Below, in pieces: positions 1 through 9,899 of a DNA stretch of 64,000 nt (position 1 is the stretch's first letter; the number at the start of each line of letters is the position of its first letter). The notes beneath the pieces were generated by a model. That model did not search any database. It saw only the letters and a list, made by a program, of their open reading frames with translations, and was not told the origin of the DNA. Source of the stretch: Bacteroidales bacterium (GTDB lineage: Bacteria; Bacteroidota; Bacteroidia; Bacteroidales; GCA-2748055); the NCBI GenBank assembly GCA_046485075.1, contig JAWOHR010000088.1:2790-66789 (forward strand), read 5' to 3'. Position numbers and translations under genes: made by a program.

Positions 1-83
1 TATTCGAATCATGATTAACCTGTTTAGGTATATAGTTATAACCTCCTGAAGTCAAAATTGTTGCAAAAACAGTGATCCTCTTT

Positions 84-1613
84 TTACTCCCACTCAATGG
101 TAGCCGGCGGTTTTGAGCTGATATCATATACAACCCTGTTAATGCCCCTGACCTTGTTGATGATATCATTGGAAATCTGGCTCAATACTTCGTGGGGAAG
201 ATGCCCCCAATCGGCTGTCATTCCATCGGTGGAGGTTACAGCCCTCAGGGCTACCACGTATTCATAGGTGCGCTCGTCACCCATCACTCCTACCGACTGA
301 ACCGGAAGGAGGATGGCTCCCGCCTGCCAGATGCGGTCATACAGACCATACCTGTGTAATGCTTTTATATAGATATCATCAGCCTCCTGAACAAGACGGA
401 TCTTTTCGGGTGTAATCTCTCCCAGGATCCGAATCCCAAGCCCCGGTCCCGGAAAGGGATGTCGTTTTAAAAAGGAAGCTGGAATTCCCATGGAATAACC
501 GACCCTTCTCACTTCGTCTTTAAACAGCAACCGAAGCGGCTCCACGACCCTCAGAGCCATTTTCTCCGGCAATCCACCTACATTATGATGCGATTTTATG
601 GTCACAGACGGACCATTCACCGATACAGATTCAATCACATCGGGATAGATGGTTCCCTGACCAAGCCAGGAGATGTTTTTCAGTCGTTTGGCCTCCTGTT
701 CAAATACCTCAATAAAATTCTTGCCTATACTCTTTCGTTTTGCTTCCGGTTCGGTGATCCCTTTAAGGTCGGAAATAAACTTTTCACCAGCATCCACACC
801 GATCACATTCAGTCCAAGGTGCTGGTAGGAATCAAGTACAGTCTTAAATTCGTCCTTTCTTAACAACCCGTTATCCACGAAAATACAGATCAGGTTGCTG
901 CCAATGGCACGGTGCAACAGAGAGGCAGCAACCGTTGAGTCCACCCCTCCGGATAATCCGAGTACCACCCTGTCATCCCCCAGTTTCTCTTTCAATTCCC
1001 GGACAGTAGTCTCCACAAAAGTTTCCGGGGTCCAGTCCATTGAGCAGCCACAAATCTCCGAGAGGAAATTGAAGAGAATGGTACTCCCTTCAGTGGTATG
1101 ATAGACCTCGGGGTGAAACTGAAGCCCGAAGGTTACCTCATCCTCTGCCATGTAGGCACCCACCTCCACATCACCTGTTGAGGCGATTACCTTGTGGTTT
1201 TCAGGCAATCTGTTGATGGTATCTCCATGTGACATCCAAACCTGGGAATGGGCAGACAGGTTTCTGAGCAGGGGATTCTGGTAATCAATAAAACTGAGCC
1301 GGGCCCTGCCATACTCCCTGGAGTCTGATTGTTTCACTTCACCACCGTAATGATGGGAAAGGAACTGGGCACCGTAACAGATCCCAAGCAAGGGGTATTT
1401 CCCCTTTATGCTCCCCAGGTCGGGAATTGGAGCCTTTTCATCCCTCACTGAAAAGGGACTACCCGAGAGGATCACACCCTTCACGGATCCATCCGGCTCC
1501 GGGTATTTACTATAAGGATAAATTTCACAGTATACATGATGTTCCCTGACTTTCCGGGCAATCAGCTGGGTATACTGGGATCCAAAATCAAGGATTAAAA
1601 TTTTTTCGCTCAC
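84..1613 (-). CDS. guaA: GMP synthase (glutamine-hydrolysing)
   Basis: 509-aa ORF. N-terminal class-I amidotransferase motifs ([13 protein letters not shown]), PP-loop [10 protein letters not shown], and the conserved C-terminal end KPPATIEWE. Confidence 0.97.
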   Translation of the reverse strand: MSEKILILDFGSQYTQLIARKVREHHVYCEIYPYSKYPEPDGSVKGVILSGSPFSVRDEKAPIPDLGSIKGKYPLLGICYGAQFLSHHYGGEVKQSDSREYGRARLSFIDYQNPLLRNLSAHSQVWMSHGDTINRLPENHKVIASTGDVEVGAYMAEDEVTFGLQFHPEVYHTTEGSTILFNFLSEICGCSMDWTPETFVETTVRELKEKLGDDRVVLGLSGGVDSTVAASLLHRAIGSNLICIFVDNGLLRKDEFKTVLDSYQHLGLNVIGVDAGEKFISDLKGITEPEAKRKSIGKNFIEVFEQEAKRLKNISWLGQGTIYPDVIESVSVNGPSVTIKSHHNVGGLPEKMALRVVEPLRLLFKDEVRRVGYSMGIPASFLKRHPFPGPGLGIRILGEITPEKIRLVQEADDIYIKALHRYGLYDRIWQAGAILLPVQSVGVMGDERTYEYVVALRAVTSTDGMTADWGHLPHEVLSQISNDIINKVRGINRVVYDISSKPPATIEWE

Positions 1614-1655
1614 CTTACTTCTCTTTACCTGAAATGAAGGGACAAAATTAGCATT

Positions 1656-2588
1656 TTATTCGGTTGTCACCCTTATTTGCTCAACGGAATAGCAATCTCC
1701 GTCGTTGACTCCAAAAGTCGGTTCAAAAATGGATCTCGCCTCTTCAACCAGCAGCGAGTGATCCTTATACCGGCTGGAGAAATGTCCGATCAGAAGCCTT
1801 CCGGCACCCGAGTCCCTTGCAATGACCGCTGCCTGAAGTGCAGTGGAATGAAGGGTTTCCAGCGCAAGCCTTCTATCCTTTTCAGCAAAAGTAGCCTCAT
1901 GGAAAAGAAGGTCCACATCCTTCAGCCTTTCCGGCAGGGAAGGTTCAAAAACTGTATCGGATATGTAAGCATAGGAGCGCTGTCTGTAGGGAGGCAGGGT
2001 TAACCGGTGATTGGGGATCACCTCCCCGGTTTCGGTTACATGATCTGCCCCCTGCTTGATTCTCATTACATCTGCAATTCCCAGTCCATACCCGCCAATG
2101 CACTCTTTTCTTAAGTTTAACAGCTTTCCCTTCTCCCTGAAAAGATAACCATAGGTTAATGTTCTGTGCTTCAAAGGTATGGGGGTAACCGTAATCCTGT
2201 TATCTTCAAAAATATAGCCTTCACCCTCCTGACCGGGAGCGTGATAGATCATCCCGAACGGGGGATTGCCAAAGAATGAGAAATGCTGTTTCATCATCGT
2301 TTCCAGGGTATCGGGACCATAAAGGTGAAGCGGAACCCTCCGACCCATCATGCCCATGGTAGAGAGCAACCCGAACAAACCAAATACATGATCACCATGG
2401 AGGTGCGATATGAAGATATGGTGTATACGGACAGGGTTAAAACCAAATTTTCTCAATTGCACCTGGGTTCCTTCCCCACAGTCGATTAAAAAAAACCGCT
2501 CATCTACCTGAAGTAAATGAGCGGTCGGAAATCGTTTTGTAGTTGGCAACGCTGAACTGCTGCCAAGTATGGTCAGGTTAAAAGACAC
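1656..2588 (-). CDS. rnz: ribonuclease Z (metallo-beta-lactamase fold tRNA 3' endonuclease)
   Basis: 310 aa. N-terminus LTILGSSSALPT..R, MBL signature HLHGDH, C-terminal GHFSSRY. Size is typical of short-form RNase Z. Confidence 0.85.
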   Translation of the reverse strand: MSFNLTILGSSSALPTTKRFPTAHLLQVDERFFLIDCGEGTQVQLRKFGFNPVRIHHIFISHLHGDHVFGLFGLLSTMGMMGRRVPLHLYGPDTLETMMKQHFSFFGNPPFGMIYHAPGQEGEGYIFEDNRITVTPIPLKHRTLTYGYLFREKGKLLNLRKECIGGYGLGIADVMRIKQGADHVTETGEVIPNHRLTLPPYRQRSYAYISDTVFEPSLPERLKDVDLLFHEATFAEKDRRLALETLHSTALQAAVIARDSGAGRLLIGHFSSRYKDHSLLVEEARSIFEPTFGVNDGDCYSVEQIRVTTE

Positions 2589-2599
2589 CTAACAAAGAA

Positions 2600-2947
2600 T
2601 TATCCAGCCTCCTTGATCAAAGCTTCTGCCTCCTGCAGTGAATTTGAGATGTTCAATACAGTATCGAGCTGAGAAATGGTGATCAACCTTTCCACTGCAT
2701 CATTCAATCCTGTGAGCACGAAGGTTCCACCTGCATTCTTGCACAAACGGTTCGCCACAAGTATTGCACTCAATCCTGATGAATCACAGTAGCGGCAGTT
2801 GCCCAGGTCCAGAATGATGTTTTTCTCACCATTTCCTGAAACAAGTACCAACTCGGATTTCAGTGTCGGAGCAATGTGGGTGTCGAGTTTTTCCTCCAAT
2901 ACTTTGATCAAAGTATGGTTTTCAAACTTGTCAATCTTGAATTCCAT
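2600..2947 (-). CDS. STAS-domain protein (anti-sigma-factor antagonist family)
   Basis: 115 aa. Contains the SpoIIAA-like block CRYCDSSGLSAILVANR with the phosphorylatable Ser. It starts 28 nt after rpsA and ends 11 nt before rnz. Confidence 0.8.
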   Translation of the reverse strand: MEFKIDKFENHTLIKVLEEKLDTHIAPTLKSELVLVSGNGEKNIILDLGNCRYCDSSGLSAILVANRLCKNAGGTFVLTGLNDAVERLITISQLDTVLNISNSLQEAEALIKEAG

Positions 2948-2975
2948 AGCTGACTAATTTGTTTAAGGGTTTTAC

Positions 2976-5102
2976 TTACTCTTGCTTATCGTTTCCGCCT
3001 TTCTTCGCTTTTTTATTCTCGTTCTCTTCCATCTCTGATTTCAGGGCGGCGAGCTCTGAAATGTCACCGAGCGTGGTTTTCTCCAGGTTTGTTTTAAGCT
3101 TCCTGGTGGCTTTCCTCACTTCGGAACCCTCTCCTTGTTTGGCGGCCCGGGTCAAAGACTTCTGTTCGTCCTCATGGATACGACTATGAGACAAGATAAT
3201 CTTTTTTGCGGACTTATTAAACTCAATCACCTTAAAATCTATTTTTTCGTCCACTTTCACATTGGTTCCATCCTCTTTCACCAGGTGCTTCGGTGTAACG
3301 AAACCTTCAACCCCATATGGAAGTGCAATGACAGCACCTTTATCCATCAGTTCGATAACGGTTCCCTCGTGAACGGAGTCCACATTGAACACATCCTCGA
3401 ATACGTCCCAGGGATTCTCCTCAAGTTGTTTGTGACCCAGGCTCAGCCGACGGTTCTCCTTATCGATTTCAAGAACAACCACATCAATTTCGGCACCAAT
3501 GGATGTGAATTCGGCCGGATGCTTCACTTTTTTGGTCCAGGAAAGATCAGAGATATGAATCAATCCGTCCACTCCCTCTTCGATCTCAACAAATACCCCG
3601 AAGTTGGTGAAGTTGCGGACCTTCGCGGTGTGCTTACTTCCAACGCCGTACTTCTCTTCAATCTTCTCCCACGGATCGGATTTAAGTTGCTTGATTCCAA
3701 GCGACATTTTTCGCTCCTCCCGGTCGAGGGTCAGGATCACCGCATCCACTTCGTCTCCAACTTTCATAAACTCCTGGGCACTCCTGAGGTGTTGCGACCA
3801 GGACATTTCGGAAACGTGAATCAGACCTTCAACCCCGGTGGCAATCTCAACAAATGCACCATAATCAGCCATAACAACCACACGTCCCTTCACCTTGTCT
3901 CCTACTTTCAGGTTTGCATCAAGTGAATCCCATGGATGAGGTGTCAGTTGCTTCAGACCCAGCGCAATTCTCTTTTTATCATCATCAAAGTCAAGGATCA
4001 CCACATTCAGCTTCTGATCCAGCTCAACAATCTCCTCGGGATGGTTTACACGACCCCATGAGAGGTCTGTAATGTGGATCAGTCCGTCTACACCACCCAG
4101 GTCGATAAAGACCCCGTAGGATGTGATATTTTTAACGGTTCCTTCCAGTACCTGTCCCTTCTCCAGTTTGGCAATGATCTCTTTCTTCTGCTGCTCCAGC
4201 TCCTCTTCGATCAGTGCTTTGTGGGAAACGACCACGTTCCTGAATTCGTGGTTGATTTTGACAACCTTGAATTCCATATTCTTTCCAACATAGGCATCAT
4301 AGTCCCTGATGGGTTTCACATCGATCTGCGATCCGGGGAGGAAAGCTTCGATTCCGAATACATCAACGATCATCCCGCCCTTGGTGCGGCATTTGATGTA
4401 GCCTTTGATAACCTCATCCTGGTCAAGTGCCTGGTTAACCCGGTCCCATGACCTCATTGACCTGGCCTTTTTATGCGATAGTACCAGCTGACCTTTTTTG
4501 TCTTCCTGACTCTCCACATAAACCTCAACCGTATCGCCGGCTTTCAGATCCGGGTCATAACGGAATTCCGAAATGGAGATTACTCCCTCTGATTTGTAAC
4601 CAATATTGATCACCACCTCACGCTTGTTCATGGAAATCACTGTTCCATCGATGACCTCATTTTCGGCAATGGTCGAAAGGGTGGCTGAATACATTTTTTC
4701 ATAATCTGCCTTGCTGACCGAACTTTCCAATTCATTGGAGGAAAAATCATCCCAGTCAAAATCTTCCATACCGGTTTTGGAGTTGGGGTCAGTTTTGGCA
4801 ATTTCTTTTACTTCCGCAGGTGCGGTAGCAACGACAGGTTGTTCCTCCACGGCTGGCCCGGTTTGTTCTTCAGTCGGCAATTCTTCTTCGGTAGGCTCTT
4901 CAACCGGGGCCTCTGCAACAGGCTCCTCGACTGGTTCTTCTGCAACAGGCACTTTGACCGGTGCCTCTGCAACAGGCTCCTCCCGGGTTACATCCTGGGT
5001 TGGGGTACCTTCTGCAACAGGCTGTTGCGGTTCAGCCTGGTTCCCGGCTGCTTTTGTTTGATCTTCGGCGGTTGCCTCAGCTCCTTTTGTTGTTTCTGAC
5101 AT
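2976..5102 (-). CDS. rpsA: 30S ribosomal protein S1 with Pro/Glu/Ala-rich N-terminal extension
   Basis: 708 aa. Repeated S1/OB modules (G.V....G..V.I..GVEG(L/F)IH.S(E/D)(L/M)SW). The canonical Bacteroidota S1 start (EDFDWDDF) lies only at residue about 112, where an alternative ATG sits at 4769. The upstream 111 codons are open and low complexity. Confidence 0.9.
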   Translation of the reverse strand: MSETTKGAEATAEDQTKAAGNQAEPQQPVAEGTPTQDVTREEPVAEAPVKVPVAEEPVEEPVAEAPVEEPTEEELPTEEQTGPAVEEQPVVATAPAEVKEIAKTDPNSKTGMEDFDWDDFSSNELESSVSKADYEKMYSATLSTIAENEVIDGTVISMNKREVVINIGYKSEGVISISEFRYDPDLKAGDTVEVYVESQEDKKGQLVLSHKKARSMRSWDRVNQALDQDEVIKGYIKCRTKGGMIVDVFGIEAFLPGSQIDVKPIRDYDAYVGKNMEFKVVKINHEFRNVVVSHKALIEEELEQQKKEIIAKLEKGQVLEGTVKNITSYGVFIDLGGVDGLIHITDLSWGRVNHPEEIVELDQKLNVVILDFDDDKKRIALGLKQLTPHPWDSLDANLKVGDKVKGRVVVMADYGAFVEIATGVEGLIHVSEMSWSQHLRSAQEFMKVGDEVDAVILTLDREERKMSLGIKQLKSDPWEKIEEKYGVGSKHTAKVRNFTNFGVFVEIEEGVDGLIHISDLSWTKKVKHPAEFTSIGAEIDVVVLEIDKENRRLSLGHKQLEENPWDVFEDVFNVDSVHEGTVIELMDKGAVIALPYGVEGFVTPKHLVKEDGTNVKVDEKIDFKVIEFNKSAKKIILSHSRIHEDEQKSLTRAAKQGEGSEVRKATRKLKTNLEKTTLGDISELAALKSEMEENENKKAKKGGNDKQE

Positions 5103-5155
5103 TGTAAATCCTTTAAAATTAATAAGTTAGACATTATATTGATTCAAACGAGGCG

Positions 5156-5163
5156 CAAAGTTA
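5156..5163 (-). promoter_or_regulatory. candidate Bacteroidota -7 box (TAACTTTG) upstream of rpsA long ORF
   Basis: The reverse complement of caaagtta matches TAnnTTTG. It lies 54 nt upstream of the 5102 ATG. No well-spaced -33 TTTG was seen. Confidence 0.3.
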
Positions 5164-5275
5164 ACAAAAGCCACTCAAACCCCCAAAAAAAGAGGATAGT
5201 AAATCACTAAAAGACCATTTCTCGTTTTATCTTTATTAAATTACCTTTACGTTGCATTTTAAAAAACTCTAGAAA

Positions 5276-6604
5276 ATGAAAATTACGATTGTTGGAACGG
5301 GCTACGTGGGACTGGTTTCCGGAACCTGTTTCGCAGAATCCGGGATTTCTGTTACCTGTGTGGACATTGACCAGGATAAGATTGAAAAGCTCAACCAGGG
5401 AGTGATCCCCATTTATGAGCCCGGTCTTGAGGATATGGTCAGAACCAATGTTGAGCAGGGCCGCCTGTTTTTCAGCACCAGTCTTAAAGAGAGTATTGTG
5501 GATAGTGATGCGGTGTTTATTGCCGTTGGGACCCCTCCCGATGAGGATGGCTCGGCAGACCTTAAATATGTGCTGGGGGTAGCCGATGAGATCGGTACCT
5601 ACATGCAGGATTACCTGGTTGTGGTCACCAAAAGTACGGTCCCCATTAAAACGGCTGAAAAGGTAAGGGCCCAGGTCTCAAAAGCCCTTAAAAGGCGTGG
5701 TTCAAACCTGGAATTTGATGTGGCTTCCAATCCTGAATTTCTTAAGGAGGGTGCAGCCATCCAGGACTTCCTGAAACCCGACCGCATTGTAATCGGGACC
5801 GATTCAGAAAGGGCCGAAAAAATTATGGGCCGTCTGTATAAACCCTTTCTGCTCAATGGCCATCCCATTATCTCCATGGATATAGCCTCTGCCGAAATGA
5901 CCAAATACGCCGCCAACTCCATGCTTGCCACCAAGATCAGCTTTATGAACGATATAGCCAACCTGTGTGAAATCGTTGGAGCTGATGTAAACATGGTTCG
6001 CAAAGGGATCGGCAGCGACACCCGGATTGGAAATAAATTTATCTACCCGGGGGCAGGTTACGGTGGAAGCTGTTTCCCAAAGGATGTCAAAGCTCTGATC
6101 AAAACAGGGGATGATTATGGCAGATCCCTCGAGATCCTGAAAGCTGTTGAGTATGTAAATGACAACCAGAAGCTGGTGATCCCCGCCAAAGTCAAATCCC
6201 ATTTCGGGGATAGACTGAAAGGTCTTAAACTTGGTTTATGGGGATTGTCATTCAAACCCCACACCGATGATATGAGGGAGGCTCCGGCTTTAAAAATCAT
6301 TGAAGAGCTTCTGAAGGAGGGGGTTATTATAAAAGCGTATGATCCCGTTGCCAGGGAGGAGGCAAAGCGGATTCTTGGAAGTTCCATTGAACTTTGTGAA
6401 GACAAGTATGAAGCCCTGATCGATGCCCACGGGCTCATTGTGGTCACCGAATGGCCGGAGTTCAGAGTCCTTAACTATAATATCATTCAAAAGCTGATGC
6501 TGGAAAAGGTAATTTTCGATGGCAGGAATATATACGATCCCAGTGAATTGGTAGAGTTCGGGTTCACCTATTACAGCATTGGAAGACAACCGGTAAAACC
6601 GTAA
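5276..6604 (+). CDS. ugd: UDP-glucose 6-dehydrogenase
   Basis: 442 aa. Rossmann motif IVGTGYVGLVSG, catalytic-Cys block GYGGSCFPKD, and end-to-end resemblance to the UDPGDH family. Confidence 0.93.
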   Translation: MKITIVGTGYVGLVSGTCFAESGISVTCVDIDQDKIEKLNQGVIPIYEPGLEDMVRTNVEQGRLFFSTSLKESIVDSDAVFIAVGTPPDEDGSADLKYVLGVADEIGTYMQDYLVVVTKSTVPIKTAEKVRAQVSKALKRRGSNLEFDVASNPEFLKEGAAIQDFLKPDRIVIGTDSERAEKIMGRLYKPFLLNGHPIISMDIASAEMTKYAANSMLATKISFMNDIANLCEIVGADVNMVRKGIGSDTRIGNKFIYPGAGYGGSCFPKDVKALIKTGDDYGRSLEILKAVEYVNDNQKLVIPAKVKSHFGDRLKGLKLGLWGLSFKPHTDDMREAPALKIIEELLKEGVIIKAYDPVAREEAKRILGSSIELCEDKYEALIDAHGLIVVTEWPEFRVLNYNIIQKLMLEKVIFDGRNIYDPSELVEFGFTYYSIGRQPVKP

Positions 6605-6613
6605 CCATTTATA

Positions 6614-7570
6614 ATGAACCGTATACTGATTACCGGGGGAGCAGGTTTTATAGGGTCGCACCTTTGTGAAAGGCTCCTTGGGGAGGGAAATGAGGTGCTC
6701 TGCCTGGATAACTATTTTACCGGCAGCAAAACAAATATCAAGCATCTCCTGGACAACCCCTATTTCGAATTGATCCGGCACGATGTGACAGCTCCTTACT
6801 TTGTGGAGGTTGATGAGATCTATAACCTTGCCTGCCCGGCTTCACCCATTCACTACCAGTACAATCCCATCAAAACCGTGAAAACCTCGGTCATGGGTGC
6901 CATCAATATGCTGGGGCTTGCCAAAAGGATCAAAGCCAAAATACTCCAGGCCTCAACCAGTGAGGTATATGGTGATCCCATGATTCACCCTCAGCCCGAA
7001 ACGTACTGGGGTAATGTGAATCCCGTAGGAATACGTTCCTGTTATGATGAAGGCAAGCGCTGTGCCGAGACTCTTTTCACTGACTACCATCATCAAAATG
7101 GAGTAAGGATAAAGATTATCCGCATATTCAATACCTACGGTCCGAAAATGCATCCCAATGACGGACGGGTGGTTTCCAATTTTATTGTTCAGGCACTGCG
7201 TGGTGAGGATATTACCATCTACGGAAACGGGTCCCAGACAAGGAGCTTCCAGTACGTGGACGACCTGCTGGAAGGAATGATCCGGATGATGCGGACCGGA
7301 GATGATATCACCGGGCCAATCAACCTGGGAAATCCTTTGGAATTTTCCATTCTTGAACTTGCGGAGAAAGTCATTGAGCTGACCGGGTCAATATCCAAAA
7401 TCAGCTTCCTCCCGCTTCCCCAGGATGATCCCATACAACGAAAACCTGACATTACACTTGCCGGGGAGATTCTGGACGATTGGAAGCCGCAGGTGGAACT
7501 TGAAACGGGACTGGAGAGAACCATTGCATATTTTGACAACCTTTTAAAAGAGGAGGAACAGAAAAAATGA
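6614..7570 (+). CDS. uxs: UDP-glucuronate decarboxylase (UDP-xylose synthase), SDR family
   Basis: 318 aa. Motifs [53 protein letters not shown], typical of UXS/ArnA-type decarboxylases. It directly follows ugd. Confidence 0.85.
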   Translation: MNRILITGGAGFIGSHLCERLLGEGNEVLCLDNYFTGSKTNIKHLLDNPYFELIRHDVTAPYFVEVDEIYNLACPASPIHYQYNPIKTVKTSVMGAINMLGLAKRIKAKILQASTSEVYGDPMIHPQPETYWGNVNPVGIRSCYDEGKRCAETLFTDYHHQNGVRIKIIRIFNTYGPKMHPNDGRVVSNFIVQALRGEDITIYGNGSQTRSFQYVDDLLEGMIRMMRTGDDITGPINLGNPLEFSILELAEKVIELTGSISKISFLPLPQDDPIQRKPDITLAGEILDDWKPQVELETGLERTIAYFDNLLKEEEQKK

Positions 7571-8463
7571 AAGGAATCATCCTTGCAGGGGGATCGGGTA
7601 CCAGGCTTTATCCCATTACCAGGTCCATTTCAAAACAGATTATCCCCGTGTATGACAAACCGATGATCTATTATCCACTCTCGGTACTGATGCTGGCCGG
7701 AATCAGGGAGATTCTCATTATCTCCACGCCGGAGGATCTGCACCTTTACCAGACCCTGCTGGATGACGGATCGCAACTTGGAATCTCCCTCACCTATGCC
7801 ATTCAGCCTTCGCCCGACGGTCTTGCCCAGGCATTCCTGATCGGAGAAGAGTTTATTAACAGGGAGCCGGTCTCTCTGATCCTTGGAGATAATATCTTTT
7901 ACGGACACGGGTTTAGCAGAACGCTTCAAACTGCAGCAGCACTGAAAGAGGGAGCCGAGATATTCGGATATTTTGTTAATGATCCGGAACGATACGGCGT
8001 GGTTGAATTTGATGGTTCCGGAAAAGCCGTCAGCCTGGAGGAAAAACCTGAAAAGCCCAAGTCAAAATATGCGGTAACCGGCCTCTATTTTTATGATCAT
8101 TCCGTGGTGGCCAAAGCAAAATCCCTTAAACCTTCCAAACGGGGGGAGCTGGAAATTACCGACCTGAACAGGCTCTACCTGGAAGAGAATACACTCAGGG
8201 TGCAAATCATGGGACGTGGAATGGCATGGCTCGACACGGGGACACATGAGAGCCTGCTGCAGGCATCCAATTATATCCACACCATTGAACAGCGCCAGGG
8301 ATTAAAGATTTCCTGTATTGAGGAGATCGCCTATAAAATGGGATTTATAGACCGGCCAAAGCTGCTGATTCTCGCCGAAATGCTGAAAAAGAGTTCCTAT
8401 GGTGAATACCTGTTTCAAATTGCAGATGAAACCACATTCGATTTTACAAAAAGAGATGCATGA
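7567..8463 (+). CDS. rfbA: glucose-1-phosphate thymidylyltransferase
   Basis: 298 aa. [28 protein letters not shown], and the RGELEITD motif. ATGA overlap with the uxs stop. Confidence 0.95.
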   Translation: MKGIILAGGSGTRLYPITRSISKQIIPVYDKPMIYYPLSVLMLAGIREILIISTPEDLHLYQTLLDDGSQLGISLTYAIQPSPDGLAQAFLIGEEFINREPVSLILGDNIFYGHGFSRTLQTAAALKEGAEIFGYFVNDPERYGVVEFDGSGKAVSLEEKPEKPKSKYAVTGLYFYDHSVVAKAKSLKPSKRGELEITDLNRLYLEENTLRVQIMGRGMAWLDTGTHESLLQASNYIHTIEQRQGLKISCIEEIAYKMGFIDRPKLLILAEMLKKSSYGEYLFQIADETTFDFTKRDA

Positions 8464-9005
8464 AGACCATTGAGACAGGCATGGAGGGTCTTTTGATCAT
8501 CGAACCAAAGGTTTACAGGGATCAGCGCGGATATTTCCTTGAAAGTTACCACCAGGAGAGATTGAAGGCACTCGGAATCGGTTATCACTTTATTCAGGAC
8601 AATCAGTCCCGTTCGGTAAAGGGGGTAATCAGGGGATTACATTTTCAGAGGGATCCGTTTGCCCAGACCAAATTGGTCAGGGTTACCGAAGGGGTCATCT
8701 ATGACGTGGCCGTGGATCTGAGAAAGGGGTCAGGAACCTATGGGAGCTGGTACGGAATCGAACTGAGTATTGACAATCACCTTCAGTTACTGATTCCCAA
8801 AGGTTTTGCACATGGATTCTCGGTGCTCTCCCCAAACGCCACCATCCTGTACAAATGTGATACCATTTACCATCCTGAATCTGAAGCCGGTATTCGTTTT
8901 GATGATCCGGAGCTGAAAATCGACTGGAAGGTTGACCTGGCATCAGCAATCATATCAGCGAAGGACAGGATATTGCCCCATCTTAAGGATTTAAAACAGA
9001 TATAA
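8460..9005 (+). CDS. rfbC: dTDP-4-dehydrorhamnose 3,5-epimerase
   Basis: 181 aa. D.RG.F.E, RGLHFQ, GFAHGF cupin motifs. ATGA overlap with the rfbA stop. Confidence 0.93.
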   Translation: MKTIETGMEGLLIIEPKVYRDQRGYFLESYHQERLKALGIGYHFIQDNQSRSVKGVIRGLHFQRDPFAQTKLVRVTEGVIYDVAVDLRKGSGTYGSWYGIELSIDNHLQLLIPKGFAHGFSVLSPNATILYKCDTIYHPESEAGIRFDDPELKIDWKVDLASAIISAKDRILPHLKDLKQI

Positions 9006-9006
9006 C

Positions 9007-9873
9007 ATGAGCCAAGTACTTGTAACAGGTGCCAAAGGTCAGCTTGGGCGGGAAATCAAAAAACTGAGAAACCTTTTCAGCCAGGTATACACCTTTACCG
9101 ATGTGGAAGAGCTGGATCTGACCGATGTTGCAGCCATAGAGAATCAACTGAAAACCCGGCCGGCAAAATACATTATTAACTGTGCTGCATATACCGATGT
9201 GGACGGGGCGGAATCGGACCCTGACCGGGCTATGCTGCTAAACCGTGACATTGTCAGGAACCTCTCCGGGGCGCTGGAAAAATTCCCGGATACCAGGCTT
9301 ATCCATATCTCTACCGATTACATATTTCCCGGCAACCTTCTCCGGCCCCTGAAAGAGGATGATACTCCCGGTCCACTCAACATCTATGGGATCACAAAGC
9401 TTGAAGGAGAGAAAGTAATTCAGGATCACCCCCGTGCTCTGATATTTCGTACCTCCTGGCTTTACAGTGTATTTGGCCGGAATTTTGTCAAGAGCATGAT
9501 CAACCGGATGGATCAAAAGGAGGAGCTCAGGGTTGTGTATGACCAGGTTGGATCGCCCACCTATGCAGAGGATCTTGCCAAAGCGATTATGCAGATCATT
9601 TCCGATATAGAGTCGGGTAAAAAACCATTTGTTCCGGGGATATTCAATTTCTCCAATGAAGGGGTTTGCAGCTGGTATGACCTGGCCATGGAGGTTTGCA
9701 GGCAGATCTCATGTGGAGGGAACATCCTGCCGGTAGAAACCTCGGGTTATCCCCTGCCTGCTAAACGCCCGCCCTATGCGGTACTTAACAAATCAAAGAT
9801 CAGGGAGGTATATGGGGTGGAAGTCCCATACTGGCGTGACAGTCTGGGAAAATGTATCAAGGGTCTAATATAA
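9007..9873 (+). CDS. rfbD: dTDP-4-dehydrorhamnose reductase
   Basis: 288 aa. VTGAKGQLG, INCAAYT.VD.AE, STDY(I/V)F, RTSW(L/V)YS motifs. It starts 1 nt after the rfbC stop. Confidence 0.9.
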   Translation: MSQVLVTGAKGQLGREIKKLRNLFSQVYTFTDVEELDLTDVAAIENQLKTRPAKYIINCAAYTDVDGAESDPDRAMLLNRDIVRNLSGALEKFPDTRLIHISTDYIFPGNLLRPLKEDDTPGPLNIYGITKLEGEKVIQDHPRALIFRTSWLYSVFGRNFVKSMINRMDQKEELRVVYDQVGSPTYAEDLAKAIMQIISDIESGKKPFVPGIFNFSNEGVCSWYDLAMEVCRQISCGGNILPVETSGYPLPAKRPPYAVLNKSKIREVYGVEVPYWRDSLGKCIKGLI

Positions 9874-9899
9874 CTGTCGTACAGAAAAATTTTCAAACT

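Noticed and set aside
585-1101. Plus-strand ORFs (585..863, 895..1101) inside guaA, and similar antisense ORFs throughout. Examples are 1677..2003, 3135..3926, 5611..6781, 9774..10430, 19575..20159, 29007..29375, 43096..43434 and 44948..45376.
   Set aside because: All lie opposite or out of frame within long ORFs that have strong family signatures. Their translations are low-complexity or lack motifs, as expected for shadow ORFs.
2600-2947. Orphan STAS anti-sigma antagonist as part of a partner-switching system.
   Set aside because: No anti-sigma kinase, PP2C phosphatase or sigma factor gene is present nearby. Isolated STAS genes are common, so no system can be claimed from this window.
4711-5099. 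Two plus-strand ORFs (116 aa and 86 aa) opposite the S1 N-terminal extension.
   Set aside because: They are Ser/Gly/Thr- or Phe/Leu-rich mirror images of the Pro/Glu/Ala-rich repeat on the other strand. This is a compositional artefact of low-complexity coding DNA.
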